Origin: Octopus vulgaris
Taxonomy: Eukaryota
Assembly (NCBI GenBank): GCA_951406725.2
Contig: OX597830.1
Location: 37,386,001-37,450,000 of the forward strand
Reading direction: 5' to 3'
Length of the DNA stretch: 64,000 bases
The translations under genes and the position numbers were made by a program. Positions 1 to 14,681 of this stretch are shown piece after piece (position 1 is the stretch's first letter; every line of letters begins with the position of its first letter). The notes under the pieces were generated by a model. The model was not told where the DNA came from. It searched no databases and worked only from the letters and a program-made list of their open reading frames with translations.

Positions 1-27
1 TCAATTCACTAATAATATTAAAATTCA

Positions 28-165
28 ATTATCCGCACCAACGCACGGTTGCAAAACCATATGGTTGTACCTCCAACCGTGCTGTCTTCTGCTGTGATTT
101 TTGCTACCAAGGTATCGGTTAAACTTTTGATTAATCTGCAACAAGATTATTCATCTTTCTATTTC

Positions 166-168
<3 letters not shown>
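28..168 (+). repeat. Dispersed ~140-bp repeat ending at (TA)n, with a conserved hairpin
   Basis: Homologous copy on the minus strand at 27024-27166; hairpin GCACGGTTG/CAACCGTGC at 43-82. Confidence 0.7.
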
Positions 169-226
<58 letters not shown>

Positions 227-1714
227 CACTTGCCCAAGATTTCACGCAGTGGGGATGAAATATATATATATATATTTTTTTTTTGTGTGCATGTGTGGTG
301 TGTATGTTTGGTTGTGTGCGCGTGTCTGTGTCTGTGCTTGTGTCTGTTGCTCACCACGGCTTGCAAACCAATGTATTCTGTCTACCTCTATATAATCTTA
401 GCTGTTCGGTAACAGAAATCGATAGAATAAGTATCGGACTTTGATAATTAGTCTAGCAATTGAAACAAATAAAAGAATATATATGCGTGTGTGTGTGTTT
501 GTGCGTGTATTTATGTTTGTATGTATGTGTGCGTGTGTGTTTGTGTTTGTGTGTGTGCATCAGAGTCTTGTTGAATTGACTTGCCATGAAATGTTCTTAT
601 GTTGTCTCTTAGTTATATTACTGCGCAATTATATTTATGAGGGTACATTTATAACATATAATGTTTATATGTTAACAAATTAATTTTGATTGCAGAACAG
701 GCTCCGTATTTTCTCGTAATCTCTCCGTAGCTACACTTTGTACTCACTCAACAGCTGTGTACTCTCGGAGTGCCTATTCAGTCGTGATGCACCCAATCCC
801 ACGTTAATATTCTCGCTGTTGAGCACAAATATTTGTTAGTTTCCTCATGAGTTGTTCAGTAAATTATTTAGATGTTCTAAATTATAGGATGCGGTATTCC
901 AAGTCTGAAACGACCTTTGCCTACCTCCACCTATCCGTTTACAATACAACTTACCACAATCAAATATTGTCGACGAAAATACCAGTAGTTTTCAGTTTGT
1001 TTCTGATCATGATGTCCAATTTCCTGAACACTCAAGTGTCCCAAAATGTTGGCACTAACAACTGGTTCTACGAAAGCATTATGGGATGTAATCTTACAGG
1101 ATGCATGTTGTTCTCTTATCAATATAATATTTTTCGTTTGATTAACAATTATAAACATTTATCCTCACCGGTGTCCATTCCCATAACCCGTCTGGTTGTT
1201 GTAACAAGTTATAACTGTTTCATGTTATGAATATTACTTGGATACCTGGATACAGCTTATGCCATCAACAGAGAGGCAATGGCTGACATTTTTCGCTTCC
1301 ACAAATAATAGCAGTTCACATTTGCAATGAAGAATTTAAATAAAGGAGTATGTTACAAGAATGGAAAGTACCACTGACCAACTCGTACCCAGGAATATTC
1401 CCACAGGTAACCTACTTCTGGTAATGATCATAGTTATAGCTTCCATTGATATCGATTGTTCTGTAGAATATGTTATTGTCAGTCTCTTAAAAGCACAAAC
1501 TATCGTAAATGGAAAATGTTCATGACGCAGTGATTCTAGTGTATACGTGTGAAGAGCAGAATAAAGTGAATTATTAAAGTGTATTAAAATGCTGAAAAGG
1601 TGCTGCCTGGTACAACTACACACTTCTTTCTTACCCGCTGCCCACGCATAATTCACCGCGTTGTTTCATTCGTAGTAATGTCTGAGAAACACATCCAAGT
1701 AAACTGCCTACACA

Positions 1715-2090
1715 TCTTTATATATAAAAGTGAGGTTGTGTGCTGTCTGTCTCCTACGATTTAGATTCCTAACTACTCCCACATTTTGCGGTGCAGTTTA
1801 GCCAAAACCGGGTATCTTATAGTCGTGATTCATATCGAGCCCTTCTGGGTATTAGCGCGCGTCTACGATGAGTCTACGATTTAAAAATGCATTTTAATGC
1901 ATTTTTGGCTTATATAAGGGAAGTAACTCTGTAAAAATTTATTATTAAATCTCAGAACGTAAAAAGCTACAGTAACACCACCCCCTTTGTGATTAGCCAT
2001 ATTGAGATGGCTATTATACTTTACATCTCTAAAAATGCTTATATAGTTATTTCCCTTATAAACCCGAGCAACGCCGGGCGATACTGCTAG
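1715..2090 (+). mobile_element. Non-autonomous Helitron
   Basis: A|TC 5' end, subterminal GC-rich hairpin CCCGAGCAACGCCGGG, CTAG|T 3' end, no TSD; second copy at 54354-54754. Confidence 0.85.
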
Positions 2091-2515
2091 TTATACATAA
2101 AGTTGAAGCAAACTATTTGCCTGTATTTTGTGGTAATGTATGTCTCTTGTATTTTAAATATAAGTGACGCATAATAACCTAGTGACATCCAGTCTGTCAG
2201 ATCGAGGCTTAGTGTCAATTGTTAATTTGAAATGGCTGACGACATTTCAGTACCAAGGAACGACTATCATGTTTCTTCAAAGTGATTTCCCATTCGTTGT
2301 GTTTACAATAACCAACAAGAGATTTTTACTGGCGAAATTATTTATTTTAAGAGAGACGCTTGCACAGTATTTGTTTCACGGCTCCCCCACTAAAATTAGT
2401 CTAGAACAATCTGACGTCAGCTTGACACTCTTTGAGGATGTGAACTTTCATGAGGCGATATACAGCTTACATAGGCACGCACACACACGCACATATGTAT
2501 ACATACATACATACA

Positions 2516-2584
<69 letters not shown>

Positions 2585-2708
2585 GTATGTATGTATGTAT
2601 GTATGTATACATATGTGCGTGTGTGTGCGTGCCTATATATATATATATATATATATGTATACACATATACATATATATATATATGTGTGTGTATGTGTGT
2701 ATGTAGAC

Positions 2709-2756
<48 letters not shown>

Positions 2757-2757
2757 G

Positions 2758-2789
<32 letters not shown>

Positions 2790-4075
2790 AAGGAAAGAAA
2801 TCGTATGAAAATGAGAGTGTTATCTCTTAATATTCTTTGATCTGTTTATTTACGATATAAAAACTCATAGAGCCACAATTTGAATAAAAATAACCATAAT
2901 TCATAATACGATAAGCATATTACAATAGGAAATATCGATAAAAATGTAGCAAATAGAAAAGCTATGAAACACACTTCGGTGTAATAAAATGTCTTTTAAT
3001 AGAAATAATACTTATCAAAGCAACTTCAAAGTAGCATCTGTTGTTACGTTTCATTTAAAAATGAACGGATGTGTGTTTATACCTAAAGATTGATAGTTAA
3101 GAGGGGAATTTATTAAGTTTGGAACATACAATAGCAATACACAATTATTAACATCATCATCTTGCAAATTGAACATCAGAATATATTTCATTGTTAATGA
3201 CATAACACTCGATACATCTTTAGATAAAGCTGCAGAAATGATTTGATTGTCTACAACTTGGTGCTAAATTAAAAGCGAAGCTGTGTTTATAGAAAGAGTT
3301 GGGAGAGAGCCAAGAGCGGGGAAATTATTGAGTAGTAACGATTACCAAGAGCAACATCAGTATGTGTGTGGTGTGCGCATGTGTAGATAGGTGCAAACCG
3401 AGAGTAAAAATTATAAATGCACATGAGAGATGATCTGAAAATAAAGACAAAGCCCCACACCAATATTATCTACCCGTATATAGAAAACCCGAGGAAAAAT
3501 CAAATAGTTAGAGGCAATCAGATGTACGTGTATTTATCATCAACAAATGTTTACAGATATATATATGAATACCAGAAAATTAAACAGGAAGCCACAGCAA
3601 CAATAATTACCCATATTCAATATCGTAACGAAAACATCACACATTCATTGGAAAATAGTGATGCGTACATTTATGAATATGTATATAGATATACACAAAT
3701 ACTAGAGTCACAAAACGAAATCAAGGATAATCTCAAAATAAAAACGCGTACGATGTCAAAATACTTTGGCAAATATGATGACAAAATACCCTTACATACG
3801 CACAATACAAAAGCACTTGTAGAGAAAAGGAAAGCCATAACATCACCCGAGTAGTTCAACCGAGAAAGACTGAAGGTGAAGCTGTTGTCTGCATGAAATG
3901 AAATCAGAATTAAATGAACTGCAAGTAATCCCGAGTTACTAGAGAATAATTTTTCAAAACGTCCTCCATAAAATCGTGGGAAACCATTCCTAAACAGATA
4001 GTTGGTTACACCTACATACATACAGAGAGACAGCGAGACAGACAGATAGACAGACAGACAAACATACAGACAGAC

Positions 4076-4133
<58 letters not shown>

Positions 4134-4171
4134 GCATAAAGAAACGTTTAAGCTTAATATTAAGGACAAAG

Positions 4172-4345
4172 AAGGCGTTGAGTTGTCAAAATCGTTTGCA
4201 CGCCGGGCAAAATGCTTTACAGTATTTCGTTCGTCTTTATTTCGTTCGTCTTTAAGTTCAAATTTTGCCGAGGTTGACATTCATCCTTCGGGGTCGATAA
4301 AATAAGTACCAGTTGAGCACTGGCGTCGATGTAATCGAGTATTCA
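4172..4345 (+). mobile_element. tRNA-derived SINE family B (central CCTTTCATCCTTTCGGGGTCGATAAA domain, MetaSINE-like), degenerate
   Basis: Matches the 55963-56428 copies. Confidence 0.7.
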
Positions 4346-4489
4346 TTTTCACCAATATTACTTTACCAAAATTTGAAACCAATATTAGGGATAAGGAAGC
4401 GTTTGGAAGAAGTATTCATTAAGTCATTAAATGAAACAGATGTTATGAAGGTTCCGTTTCCAAATCCATTCCCACGGCTTGGGTCGGAG

Positions 4490-4584
4490 GTTATATTAGA
4501 AGACATTTACCCAAATGCAACGCCGTGGGACTGAACCGGGGACCATGAAGTTGGGAAACAAACATCTTACCATAGCCACGCCTC
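4490..4584 (-). mobile_element. SINE family A head fragment
   Basis: GTGGGACTGAACC...ACCATG...CTTACCATAGCCACGCCT. Confidence 0.65.
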
Positions 4585-4910
4585 TTTCTCCTGTCTCTCT
4601 CTCTCTCTCTCGCACACGTACACACACTCGCGCACACACACACATTTGTAAATTGAAATAAAAACGGAATAGAATAGAACAATTTTCTAGTTTAATCATC
4701 GTTTCAACATACATACATGTATGTCTCCAATTTAGTCCACTTACCTTAGTCATTACCTCCCCTTGACCATAAATATTTCCCAAATTTTCCTACGGAATAA
4801 TTTCTTTTCATTGTTTTTAATAGTTTCACATGCCTATTTAAAAAAACATCAGGACCATTTTCACCCACACCCTTCTTATTTCCTAAATGTCCAATATTTA
4901 TTACATAAAT

Positions 4911-5322
4911 AGGTGCAGGAGTGGCTGTTTGGTAAGTAGCTTGCTAACCAACCACATGGTTCCGGGTTCAGTCCCACTGCGTGGCATCTTGGGCAAGTGT
5001 CTTCTGCTATAGCCCCGGGCCGACCAATGCCTTGTGAGTGGATTTCGTAGACGGAAACTGAAAGAAGCCTGTCGTATATATGTATATATATATATAAGTG
5101 TGTGTGAATATGTTTGTGTGTCTGTGTTTGTTCCCCTAGCATTGCTTGACAACCGATGCTGGTGTGTTTACGTCCTCGTCACTTAGCGGTTCGGCAAAAG
5201 AGACCGATAGAATAAGTACTGGGCTTACAAAGAATAAGTCCCGGGGTCGATTTGCTCGACTAAAGGCGGTGCTCCAGCATGGCCGCAGTCAAATGACTGA
5301 AACAAGTAAAAAGAGTAAAGAG
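4911..5322 (+). mobile_element. tRNA-derived SINE family A, full length
   Basis: A/B-box-like head (TGGCTGTTTGGT...GGTTCAGTCCC), internal microsatellite and CR1-like tail; ~26-bp imperfect flanking direct repeat (4884-4909 / 5323-5348). Confidence 0.85.
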
Positions 5323-6145
5323 TAAATGTCTGAATATTTATTACATAATATTTATTATTTTAATCTAGTATATATTGTCCTAAGTGTTTTCGTGTTCTTT
5401 ACAGCTTACCCAATTTTCCCATTCATTTGTTTATCCTACACCGTATAACACTCTCAATAGTTGGTAATTTGTTTTGAAATTTCAACTGATCAATTATATC
5501 GAACGTTGGACCTTGGCCTATCTCACTTCGGACAACAGGTGGAAGGGCTCAACCACGTCCTATTAAATAAAAATTACATTTAATCTATTAGCATTTTATG
5601 ATAAATATTATTAATTAGTACTATAAATATAATTATAAAAATTATTAATTTTAATTTAAAGCCCTATTGTATCTTTACCCCTTCGCCGACTAAAACGTAT
5701 GAGTGTCTCCCAATGTGATCTTTTATTTTGTTATTATTTATCTATCCTAGCCCCACCGTACAAAGGATTAATCCACCAAATACTATTTTAAATTTAGTCA
5801 TTTACTTAACGTTCCAAATAGATACATAAGCAAAACGGTATGATTTTCTTTTTTTTCTTCCTTTTTTATTTATTCTTCACTCTGATAAAGCACAATGCTT
5901 GAGATCGGTTGATTTCCAAATACGATAAATATTTTTACCATATCAATGGCAATACCATGAAACATTGGCAGCAGAAACAGATGTTAGAATGGAGGCAGTC
6001 TATTTGTATTGAATTAATAAATAATAATTGATGTAAGGCAATTGTTGTTCATCAATATTTCTCCATTTTCTGTTTTCTTTATATGTGTGTGTGTATGTGT
6101 GTATGCGTGTGTGTGTGTTCATGCCTGTGTACACTGCATATATAC

Positions 6146-6199
<54 letters not shown>

Positions 6200-7017
6200 C
6201 TCTCTCTCTATATATATATATAAATTTATATTATATTACATTATATTATATTATATATATATATATATATATATTTATATTATATATATATATTTATATA
6301 TTTATATTATATTATATTATATTATATTATATTATATTATATTATATTATATTATATTATATATATATATATATAAGTTCTATAGATTCATGTTGAATAA
6401 AATATATTTTCATTTGAAGATTATGGTTCTGAAATATAAATAATGGCTTCAAGATATAATATAATTTAATAACAGTTTCGTAAAATATAAAAGGAGTAGT
6501 TCAACAAATAATATTTGAGGGAATATTGTCAATTAAAACTTATTTAAGAAACGTTAACATATATATTGTATCTTAATAGTATTTGAACATAAATGTATTT
6601 ATTTTAGAAGTAATATTGTATTTTCCTCTGCAGATAACAAAACGAATTTCTACATGTTGCTGGATATTATTATCTTACTCGCAGTTGCTTAGGAAACAAA
6701 ATAAAATACACCATATATAAACACATATTATGGATACAGTGTTTCACGCTATTTCATATTAATAACATCTAACATCAAATCATTTAATATTTTCCTCTCT
6801 AATATACGTATATTCATGATAACGCAAATGTTTTCGATTACATTGGTATCGTTGTAACTATATATTTAATCATCTGTAAGATGAAATAATTTTAGATATA
6901 GCCATATCCAAGAAAAGAAGAAACTATTTTATATCATGGTATGTCTGAGATCCTTAAATTATATAATTCATACATATGTACATATACGAAAGTACATAAT
7001 TGCATACATCCTTTTCG

Positions 7018-7086
<69 letters not shown>

Positions 7087-8195
7087 AAGAGAGAGAGAGA
7101 GCGAGCAAGAGAGAGAGAGAAAGAGAGAGATGTATGTTAGTATGTATGCATGTATGTATGTATGTATGTATGTATGTATCTGCATATGCATGTACATTTA
7201 CAAATATATATATGTATACGTTAGTACTCCTCAAAGTCGTCATTATGTGTGAGTCGGTGCATAAAGAGACTGTTTTGAGGCCCCTGCTGTTTGTGGTGTG
7301 GCTTTCTCAGACACGCAGTCAGTAACACACGCATCCCAGCTAGGTAGGAAGAACCCACAAAGGTAGCACAAGTAGTCGAGTATTCTCTACAGGTAGATAT
7401 AGATGCCATATGAAAATGTAATTTAATGTAGAAATATTCCAAACACTCGGCTATCTGCCATTTTGTGCAAAAAGGCCGGAACAAATAAAAAATAGAGTCG
7501 AATAGATTATGTGACCTAGGGATTGTAGCAATCTGCTGGGGAATGACTGGATACACATCTGAGACCTTTCAGAACAAGGGGTTAAGAAACACTGCTGGAC
7601 ATATGGAGGACATTTTTCCATATCCATCCGACCTCTTGCTCTCAACTAAGATTAATTCAGGGTGTCAAATTAATAGCGTAACTTGAAACAGTTTAGCAGT
7701 ACTAAACCAAGAAGATTGCATGAATGACAAACTTGAGCTACAGGGAGGAGACTGCATCATTGAAACAATTGAGCTACTGGGAGAAACCGAAGGGATTACG
7801 ATTCTGCTCAGTTTCACGAAGAGACAGATATGCGGTAATATACAAATCCAAGGTCCTAGAGGATCGGTATGAAATGTTGGCATTATGAGTTATACCAGTC
7901 CCAGAACATGACGCTAGTTCACTGTTCCATAGATCCCAATATTCCCATCTGGAATACCATGGAATTGGCTACTTGATATCATGTCAAAAGTGTAAGAGAT
8001 CTGCATGGTGAGGGAGAAGATGTTTTCTACAAGCAACTTAACATTATGTTGTCCAAGATCCCAAATGAACCATCATCACACAAAAAACACTCCCTCACAC
8101 ACCAAAGCTAACCACATAAGAATGGTTATCATAAGGGCAGTCTCCCAGACTGGCTCCAGCTTGACTTCAGCATGGTTCCAACATGGTCACAATGT

Positions 8196-8295
8196 AATTT
8201 TGTAAAATATGGACAACAGGCTAGTTTTGTAAAATATGGACAACAGGCTAATTTTGGAAAAATATGGACAACAGGCTAATTTTGGAAAATATGGC
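8196..8295. repeat. Minisatellite, ~27-28-bp unit, ~3.6 copies
   Basis: AATTTTGTAAAATATGGACAACAGGCT repeated. Confidence 0.9.
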
Positions 8296-9329
8296 CTCTC
8301 ATGTACACAGTGCTGATATCCGTCTAATAATATGGACTGGAATCATTTTTACATTTTGAAACTATTCCAAATCTGGCAACAATGATCATATTTTCGTGCT
8401 TTGCAAGCCAATCATAATCATCCTTAATGGGCGACACTTATTCAGGTTTTAAATGAAAAATTTTAAAAAGTTGGCTATGACATCAAATAAAAATTAATGT
8501 TCTATCAAAAGAAAGTGTACCACACACTTTTATTGAGAATGACATTCATGGGATTTAATTCAATATATGTTTCAGGACGCTAAAAAAATTTCCAATCGTT
8601 TACCAGAGGCAATAAATAAAAGTATTTAATGAGATTGCTTTCCATTTCGGAAACTAATTTTCTTCGAAATGACAGCAGTGACTATACGAAAGCCATTTTG
8701 AAAATGATCAATTTCCTTCGATCCTAAATGTTATAAATATTTAAATAACCTGTATTTCTCTTTAAATGATAACTTAAATATATTAGATTTGATTGTATCC
8801 TATATATGTATTAGGTATCCCAAACATATTATTTAATCATTCCAAAAATTGCGAGTGGAATGTATGAGAGGGGAAACATTACTGTATTGTATGTTTTTGA
8901 TTACTGTTTTTATAATTGGTATATATTTATTTTATTATACATGCAAAACAACGCCACAGAGGAATCGACGTAAGCTTAAATAATAAACTGCAATAGATGA
9001 ACCGCGATATGGCGAGGAATTAGACTATACGAAATTATTTTTGTTTTTGTTTGTAAGTTTTTATTATTTGGAAAAAATGCATTCATATAACGCATTATTT
9101 ATGACAGAATTAGATACATTTCTTAATTATTACCTTTCCATGTGTGCACTCATGCGTTAAAATTATAACTTTTATTTTAAATCCAATAAAAATAATAATT
9201 TTAAAGCATGCGTGCGCACACAGATATACAGACATACGTAATAAACATGACTATATATTCTGAGTATCCTAAACGTATCCTAATGTAATCCTTATTGTCC
9301 TGGCTAGGCTTGGAAAGAGCGCATAAATA

Positions 9330-9373
<44 letters not shown>

Positions 9374-9730
9374 GCATAGAATATAATCTTAAGTTTCATG
9401 TCACAACATTTTATATTACGTAAATATATAAGGAGAATAATTGATTTTAAACACGAACCGGCGAGTATTTGTATGAAATAAGAACCTTTTGAATACGCTG
9501 CTCGTCTACACGTTATTCTTAAAATGTAGGCAAAGTATGTATTTCTTTATCAGTGGAAAATGATTTGCGCTATATTTGTTTACAAAATAGATAACGTTGA
9601 AGGTGGGTAAAAAAGGAAGGTATTCGGTTCAGATATATTACTATTTGCATTGTCCATTAATAACTTATTATTGCTATAAATTCCATTTCTTTTTTTTCAC
9701 ATATAAATAGATATGTGCGTACGGACGCAA

Positions 9731-9792
<62 letters not shown>

Positions 9793-9850
9793 GTATGTGT
9801 ATATATATATATATAATATAAATAGATAGATACATATATATGTATATACG

Positions 9851-9881
<31 letters not shown>

Positions 9882-10234
9882 GCATGTATGAATGTATGTG
9901 TCCATGTGTATGTGTGCGTGTGTGAGTCTTTATGTGTTTTCGTGTTTGCGTTCGTGCGTTTGTATGTTTGTGTATGTAATCGTTATGCAAGAATTACAGC
10001 TGAATAAAGAATCTAGGTTTTGTATTTTTGCTGTGGAAGTATCCCATTTTATTTCTTCAGTTGCTAAGTTAGTACGATTATTTGTTCTTCAGATACTTTT
10101 TATATTTCCATTTCTTCTCAACGATCCATTCTTCAAGTAATGTATTTCTTACTGCAAAGATTATGTTCTATTGTGCTGCTGACTCTCAGGCAAAATGGTT
10201 ATAGTATATTATAGTCTTAAGAGTATCGCTCTTA

Positions 10235-10660
10235 GTAGGAGGAGAATGAAATACAGTAAATGAATGAATTAAAAGAAGTTAAGAGAGGTTAAACGAAATT
10301 AAAACCATTTAAGACATGAAAAGGTGAAAAGGTTTTAGAATGTCTTTAAAGTATTCTCAAACATCGATAAAGAAAAAAGTAAAAACTCTGAAACTTTTGA
10401 ATTATTCGACATTCTTTGAGAATTTTTGAGATTTTGTGAATTGTTCTAGAAACATTTTGTTGGGGTTTTTTTTGTAAGTTTATTAAGCTTTAAAATTTTT
10501 ATTTGCCTTTAGGCGATTGTTGAGATTGAAAAAAAAGAATTCATTTTCTAAAAATCTTTTCACGTTTTCTTTTCATATTTTTAACTAGTTTTAACTTCAT
10601 TTAATTTCTCTTAACTTCTCTTAATTTATTTAGTTACAATATTTCTTCCTCCTCCATTAC
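10235..10660. mobile_element. Foldback/MITE-like element with long imperfect inverted arms
   Basis: ~10236-10400 (GGAGGAGAATGAAATA...GAAGTTAAGAGA...GTGAAAAGGTTTTAGAA...TCTCAAACATCG) matches the reverse complement of ~10485-10656. Confidence 0.6.
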
Positions 10661-13312
10661 TTTTCTAACCTCTCCTACTAACGGCATTACCATGGTGTCT
10701 TCTTATACATGATTATGTTCTAAACGAAACAAAGAATTATATATTTTCTACACAGGAAGCATTCTCCGAAGGGAAATATGAATTTCCATTCAATTTCACG
10801 AAACAGGACAACGTTCCTCCGGAGCCAAGAGTTATGTTTAAACGCCTCATATATATATTTTAAAACTATGAGTAATTGTGCATTTTCCTTTGGCGTATCT
10901 TCAAATTTGTAATGAAATTCAATACAAATTATTTTTCTTTGTGTTCTTATTTGAACCATTGTTTAAGCTAATTGAAATGTCTAAGTAGTTAAGGCTTTCA
11001 AAGTTTAAATGGTGAACGTGGCAAAAACTGAATCCATAAACTATTTAAATTTCAAAAAGCCGACAATTTACCTGAAAAAGAAATTTACAATAATGAATTT
11101 TCGTTGTCAGCTAATAAATGCAAAAACAAAAAAATCAATTTCATTTCGCGTTTCTTGTAGACATGGTAATTACTAGAATGCGTATGAAACCAATTTGGAA
11201 TAAATAACATGGTTAAAAAAAACATCTTTCAGATGCTGTTTTAAACTACAATAAGAATAAATGATAGCCCTAAAATGTATGTTCATCGGTAAAGTCTCCT
11301 TTCCTCTGTCTGTCTATCTGTCTCTGATTCTCCCACCTCTCTCTCTCTCACACACACTCACACCTAGGCATACATGTACATGTATATTTCTAAATACGAA
11401 TTTACAAAGAGCAGCATATATACACACACAGACGCACGTAAACGGTATTCTTGTTGTGAAATTTATGAGAGATTTAACGAATAGAGATCTAAGATTTATA
11501 TTTAGCATCTTAAGTCAAGAAAAGTTTTGATGGATGGATACGCATGCTGACTTTTCTTATGTGGAAATTGATATTTCACGTATAACACAGTGAGTGTAGT
11601 AATGTTTAATTTATCCCACTTTTTATTTATTTATTTGTACGGACTGGGAATTCAAAGATAAATATGTTAACCAGATTCGATCATACACAGTAAAGAACTA
11701 GCAATTACTGTTCAATATCTTACATATGAATATACTTCTAGTTTACAGTAACAGCAACTTAGTAACGTGCTTGTTTATCTAATAAAAGACTATCATTTAT
11801 ATGAAAAAAGTACCTAATTGATCTCATACGCCATTAGATAACAAAATATAAATAAGAGTTAAAAGTAAAACGAGTAAGTTTGCCAACGGAAGAAAGAACT
11901 TTTTTGAATCGCAAATAAAATAGATATTAAGACATAATTTATAATGGTTCCAGACAGTGGAAAAATTCTACGACAAAATAAAAGAAAACATATCTCGATA
12001 AGAGAGAAAATGTATATTTCAAAATAACTATAGACATTTACAAATGTATTGTTAGTATTTCTTTGAGAGCAACAATTCTTCAATTTCTTAAACTTGTGGA
12101 GTGTGAGAGAATACTTTTAAATTTATTCATACATTTTATGCTGTTATTCGTATGTTATAGAAATAGGTCCTCGTTTAGAATTGAAAGTGCAGATATTTGA
12201 CATGAAATTCCTCAACAATAGTAGCTGTAGTGGTGGTGGCGGCGGCGGCGGTTGCAGAATTAGTGGCAGTGGGGGCTGTAGTAGTAGCAGTAGTAGTGGT
12301 AGTATTGATGGTGATGGTTATAATTTTGGTGGAGTTATATGGTTGTTCATGTCGAAGTAGAATAACCGGCACCACAAAGTCCTTCTCTCTACAGCACATA
12401 TGGGAACATATTTGAATTTTTCTTCACGGTTTCAAGCATAGATGTCCACATTCACTTTTATCATAAATGACAATCTTGTAAACTTATATCAAATTTATCT
12501 GCAACATTTACGATTAAGTTGATAAGTCGAGCAGTGCCCAGAAATCTATAATACCGGTTGCCTGTATATTGGTGTCAATGAATGATTATATTTTGGTATT
12601 ATGGATAGAATGTGTGAAGTGTAACGGAGGTAAGCAATTATGAAGGCCACTCACCCTCTTTTAAACTTCGACATTTTAATTGGTCGATATGTTATGGTCG
12701 TATTGGAAAACAATAATGAACATATTCAATGAAGACAACCATTACAATTAAGAAATGTTCAATGAATTAAGCAATACCTAAATAAAGCAATAACTATAGT
12801 TTATATCCGGAAACGCATCCCTGTTGTACATTGAGTTTTTATTTAATTTTTGGTTTAGAATCTTATAACAAAAGCTTTGTTATAATTAAGTAGCAAAACA
12901 TTTATTATATTTTTATTAAATCTTCTATACTTATAACTAAATATATTTGCCATATTTTCCACTAATATGCACAATTATAAGGAAACCTGGACTTCCGAGT
13001 TTGAAAAATTACTATTCTGAGTTGGTGTTTCAAACATTCTATACTCTGATTTTTCCGTCATTTCAAATTTAGGTTAGTCACGTCGGTCCTTTTCCGGAAA
13101 AATAGGGAAGAGTGAATGTGAAAGAATGTCTCCTTCCACGCAATCGGTCAGACTCTTCTTTACTGCTGCTATCTATGACTAAAGCCTTGTGTCTTGTAAC
13201 ACCGTATTCGGATCATATAGTCGAGAAAGTATTAAGAGTGACAACATCGTTTTCAATTGTTTTCCTTATTATCATGTGCCTAATTAAATAGAATAAAACT
13301 TCAACACACACA

Positions 13313-13371
<59 letters not shown>

Positions 13372-13374
<3 letters not shown>

Positions 13375-13547
13375 CCGGAGTAAACACATAAATGTGAAAC
13401 AAGGTGGAAAAAAGGTTACTCAAATACCAGTGGTAGAGTAATTTGCTTTATTTAAAGCAGCAGAAAATTCTGCTACCAAAACCTGTCCTATGAACGGCAA
13501 CGCGAAACTCACAGTAACAGGTTTTGTAGAATTTTCTGCTGCTTTAA

Positions 13548-13552
<5 letters not shown>
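13372..13552. mobile_element. Short PLE-pLTR-type element in (TA)n with inverted arms and a degenerate hammerhead (13477-13526, +)
   Basis: Homologous to 17609-17816. 25-bp inverted arms at 13447-13471 / 13528-13552. Perfect 10-bp stem I CAAAACCTGT/ACAGGTTTTG around CCTATGA-ACGGCAACGC-GAAA-CTCACAG-TA. Flanked by (TA)n on both sides. Confidence 0.78.
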
Positions 13553-13594
<42 letters not shown>

Positions 13595-14117
13595 GTATTG
13601 GTATCCAGAAGACCCAAGGTGGCAAGTAACGCTGTGTACGTGCTATTATCTCAGTTTGATAATAAAACGAGTGAGGTGTTTAATGCAGATCTTCTATGAG
13701 CATGTATATGTTAAATAAAATGAGACAATAAAGCCAAGGCTGTGTGGAATTTTTAGGACATTTATCAAAAGAATGTTAGTTCCACAACTCTATCTGGGAT
13801 GTTATCACAGAAACAGCTGTAAGACCAACTTGCAAATGGCCTGAAAATTTCATACAAGCTTTATTTTGTTGTTTAATTTTATTTAGTACGTGTATGCGTG
13901 TGTATGTATGTGTATGTTGGTGTGTGTATTGTATAACAACGAATATTAAAGTGCTTTGAAATTTATTATCATGATTTACCTCTTCCGAATTTATTAGCTT
14001 GAATTCACTGTACAATATAGTATTAATGTGCAATTTAACCGTTGGAAATTTCATTTTCTACCTCATTAATCACACCACAATATATATATACACACATATA
14101 TATATATATACATACAT

Positions 14118-14161
<44 letters not shown>

Positions 14162-14606
14162 CTATTACAAATATAATAAAGTAAGTCTTACGATTTAATT
14201 CCAGTAAACCTGTATTTTGAGATACTTGACTTATAAACTACCCACTTTATAGTCATGAAGCAGTCATTAATACGTAAGTACTGTTGACGTCACCTTCTTT
14301 ATCAGGATATTCTATACAAAGATTATGGGAGCCTATAATGGAATTAATTCAACTATGCCTCTAGTGACCGATATATTTTGCTTATAAATTGGTACTTCAA
14401 ACCATTTCCAATCTCCAAAGATATAATTGGTCATAATTTGAAATTGAAGAAGTTCAATAACCTGTTAATCATTACATTTTATGCCTTTCCACATTGCTAA
14501 TAAACTATAATAGCTTGATATAACATTGTATCACGTATCTCCTTCTATCTTTCTCTCTCTCTCTCTCTCACCCTCTCTCTCACTCTGCATATATATATAT
14601 ATAGAT

Positions 14607-14681
<75 letters not shown>

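Noticed and set aside
847-1656. 127-aa and 106-aa ORFs (NVGTNNWF weakly piggyBac-like)
   Set aside because: A single weak motif with no supporting context.
6621-6700. Isolated polypyrimidine-CAG splice acceptors (also ~30047 and ~43618)
   Set aside because: No convincing exon frame with a matching donor; expected by chance in AT-rich DNA.
7250-8200. Higher-GC segment with several short ORFs
   Set aside because: No recognisable domain motif; probably an old repeat, but it cannot be classified by eye.
8196-8295. CRISPR-like regular repeats (also 41799-41859 and 45958-46900)
   Set aside because: Head-to-tail tandem units without unique spacers, eukaryotic context and no cas genes.
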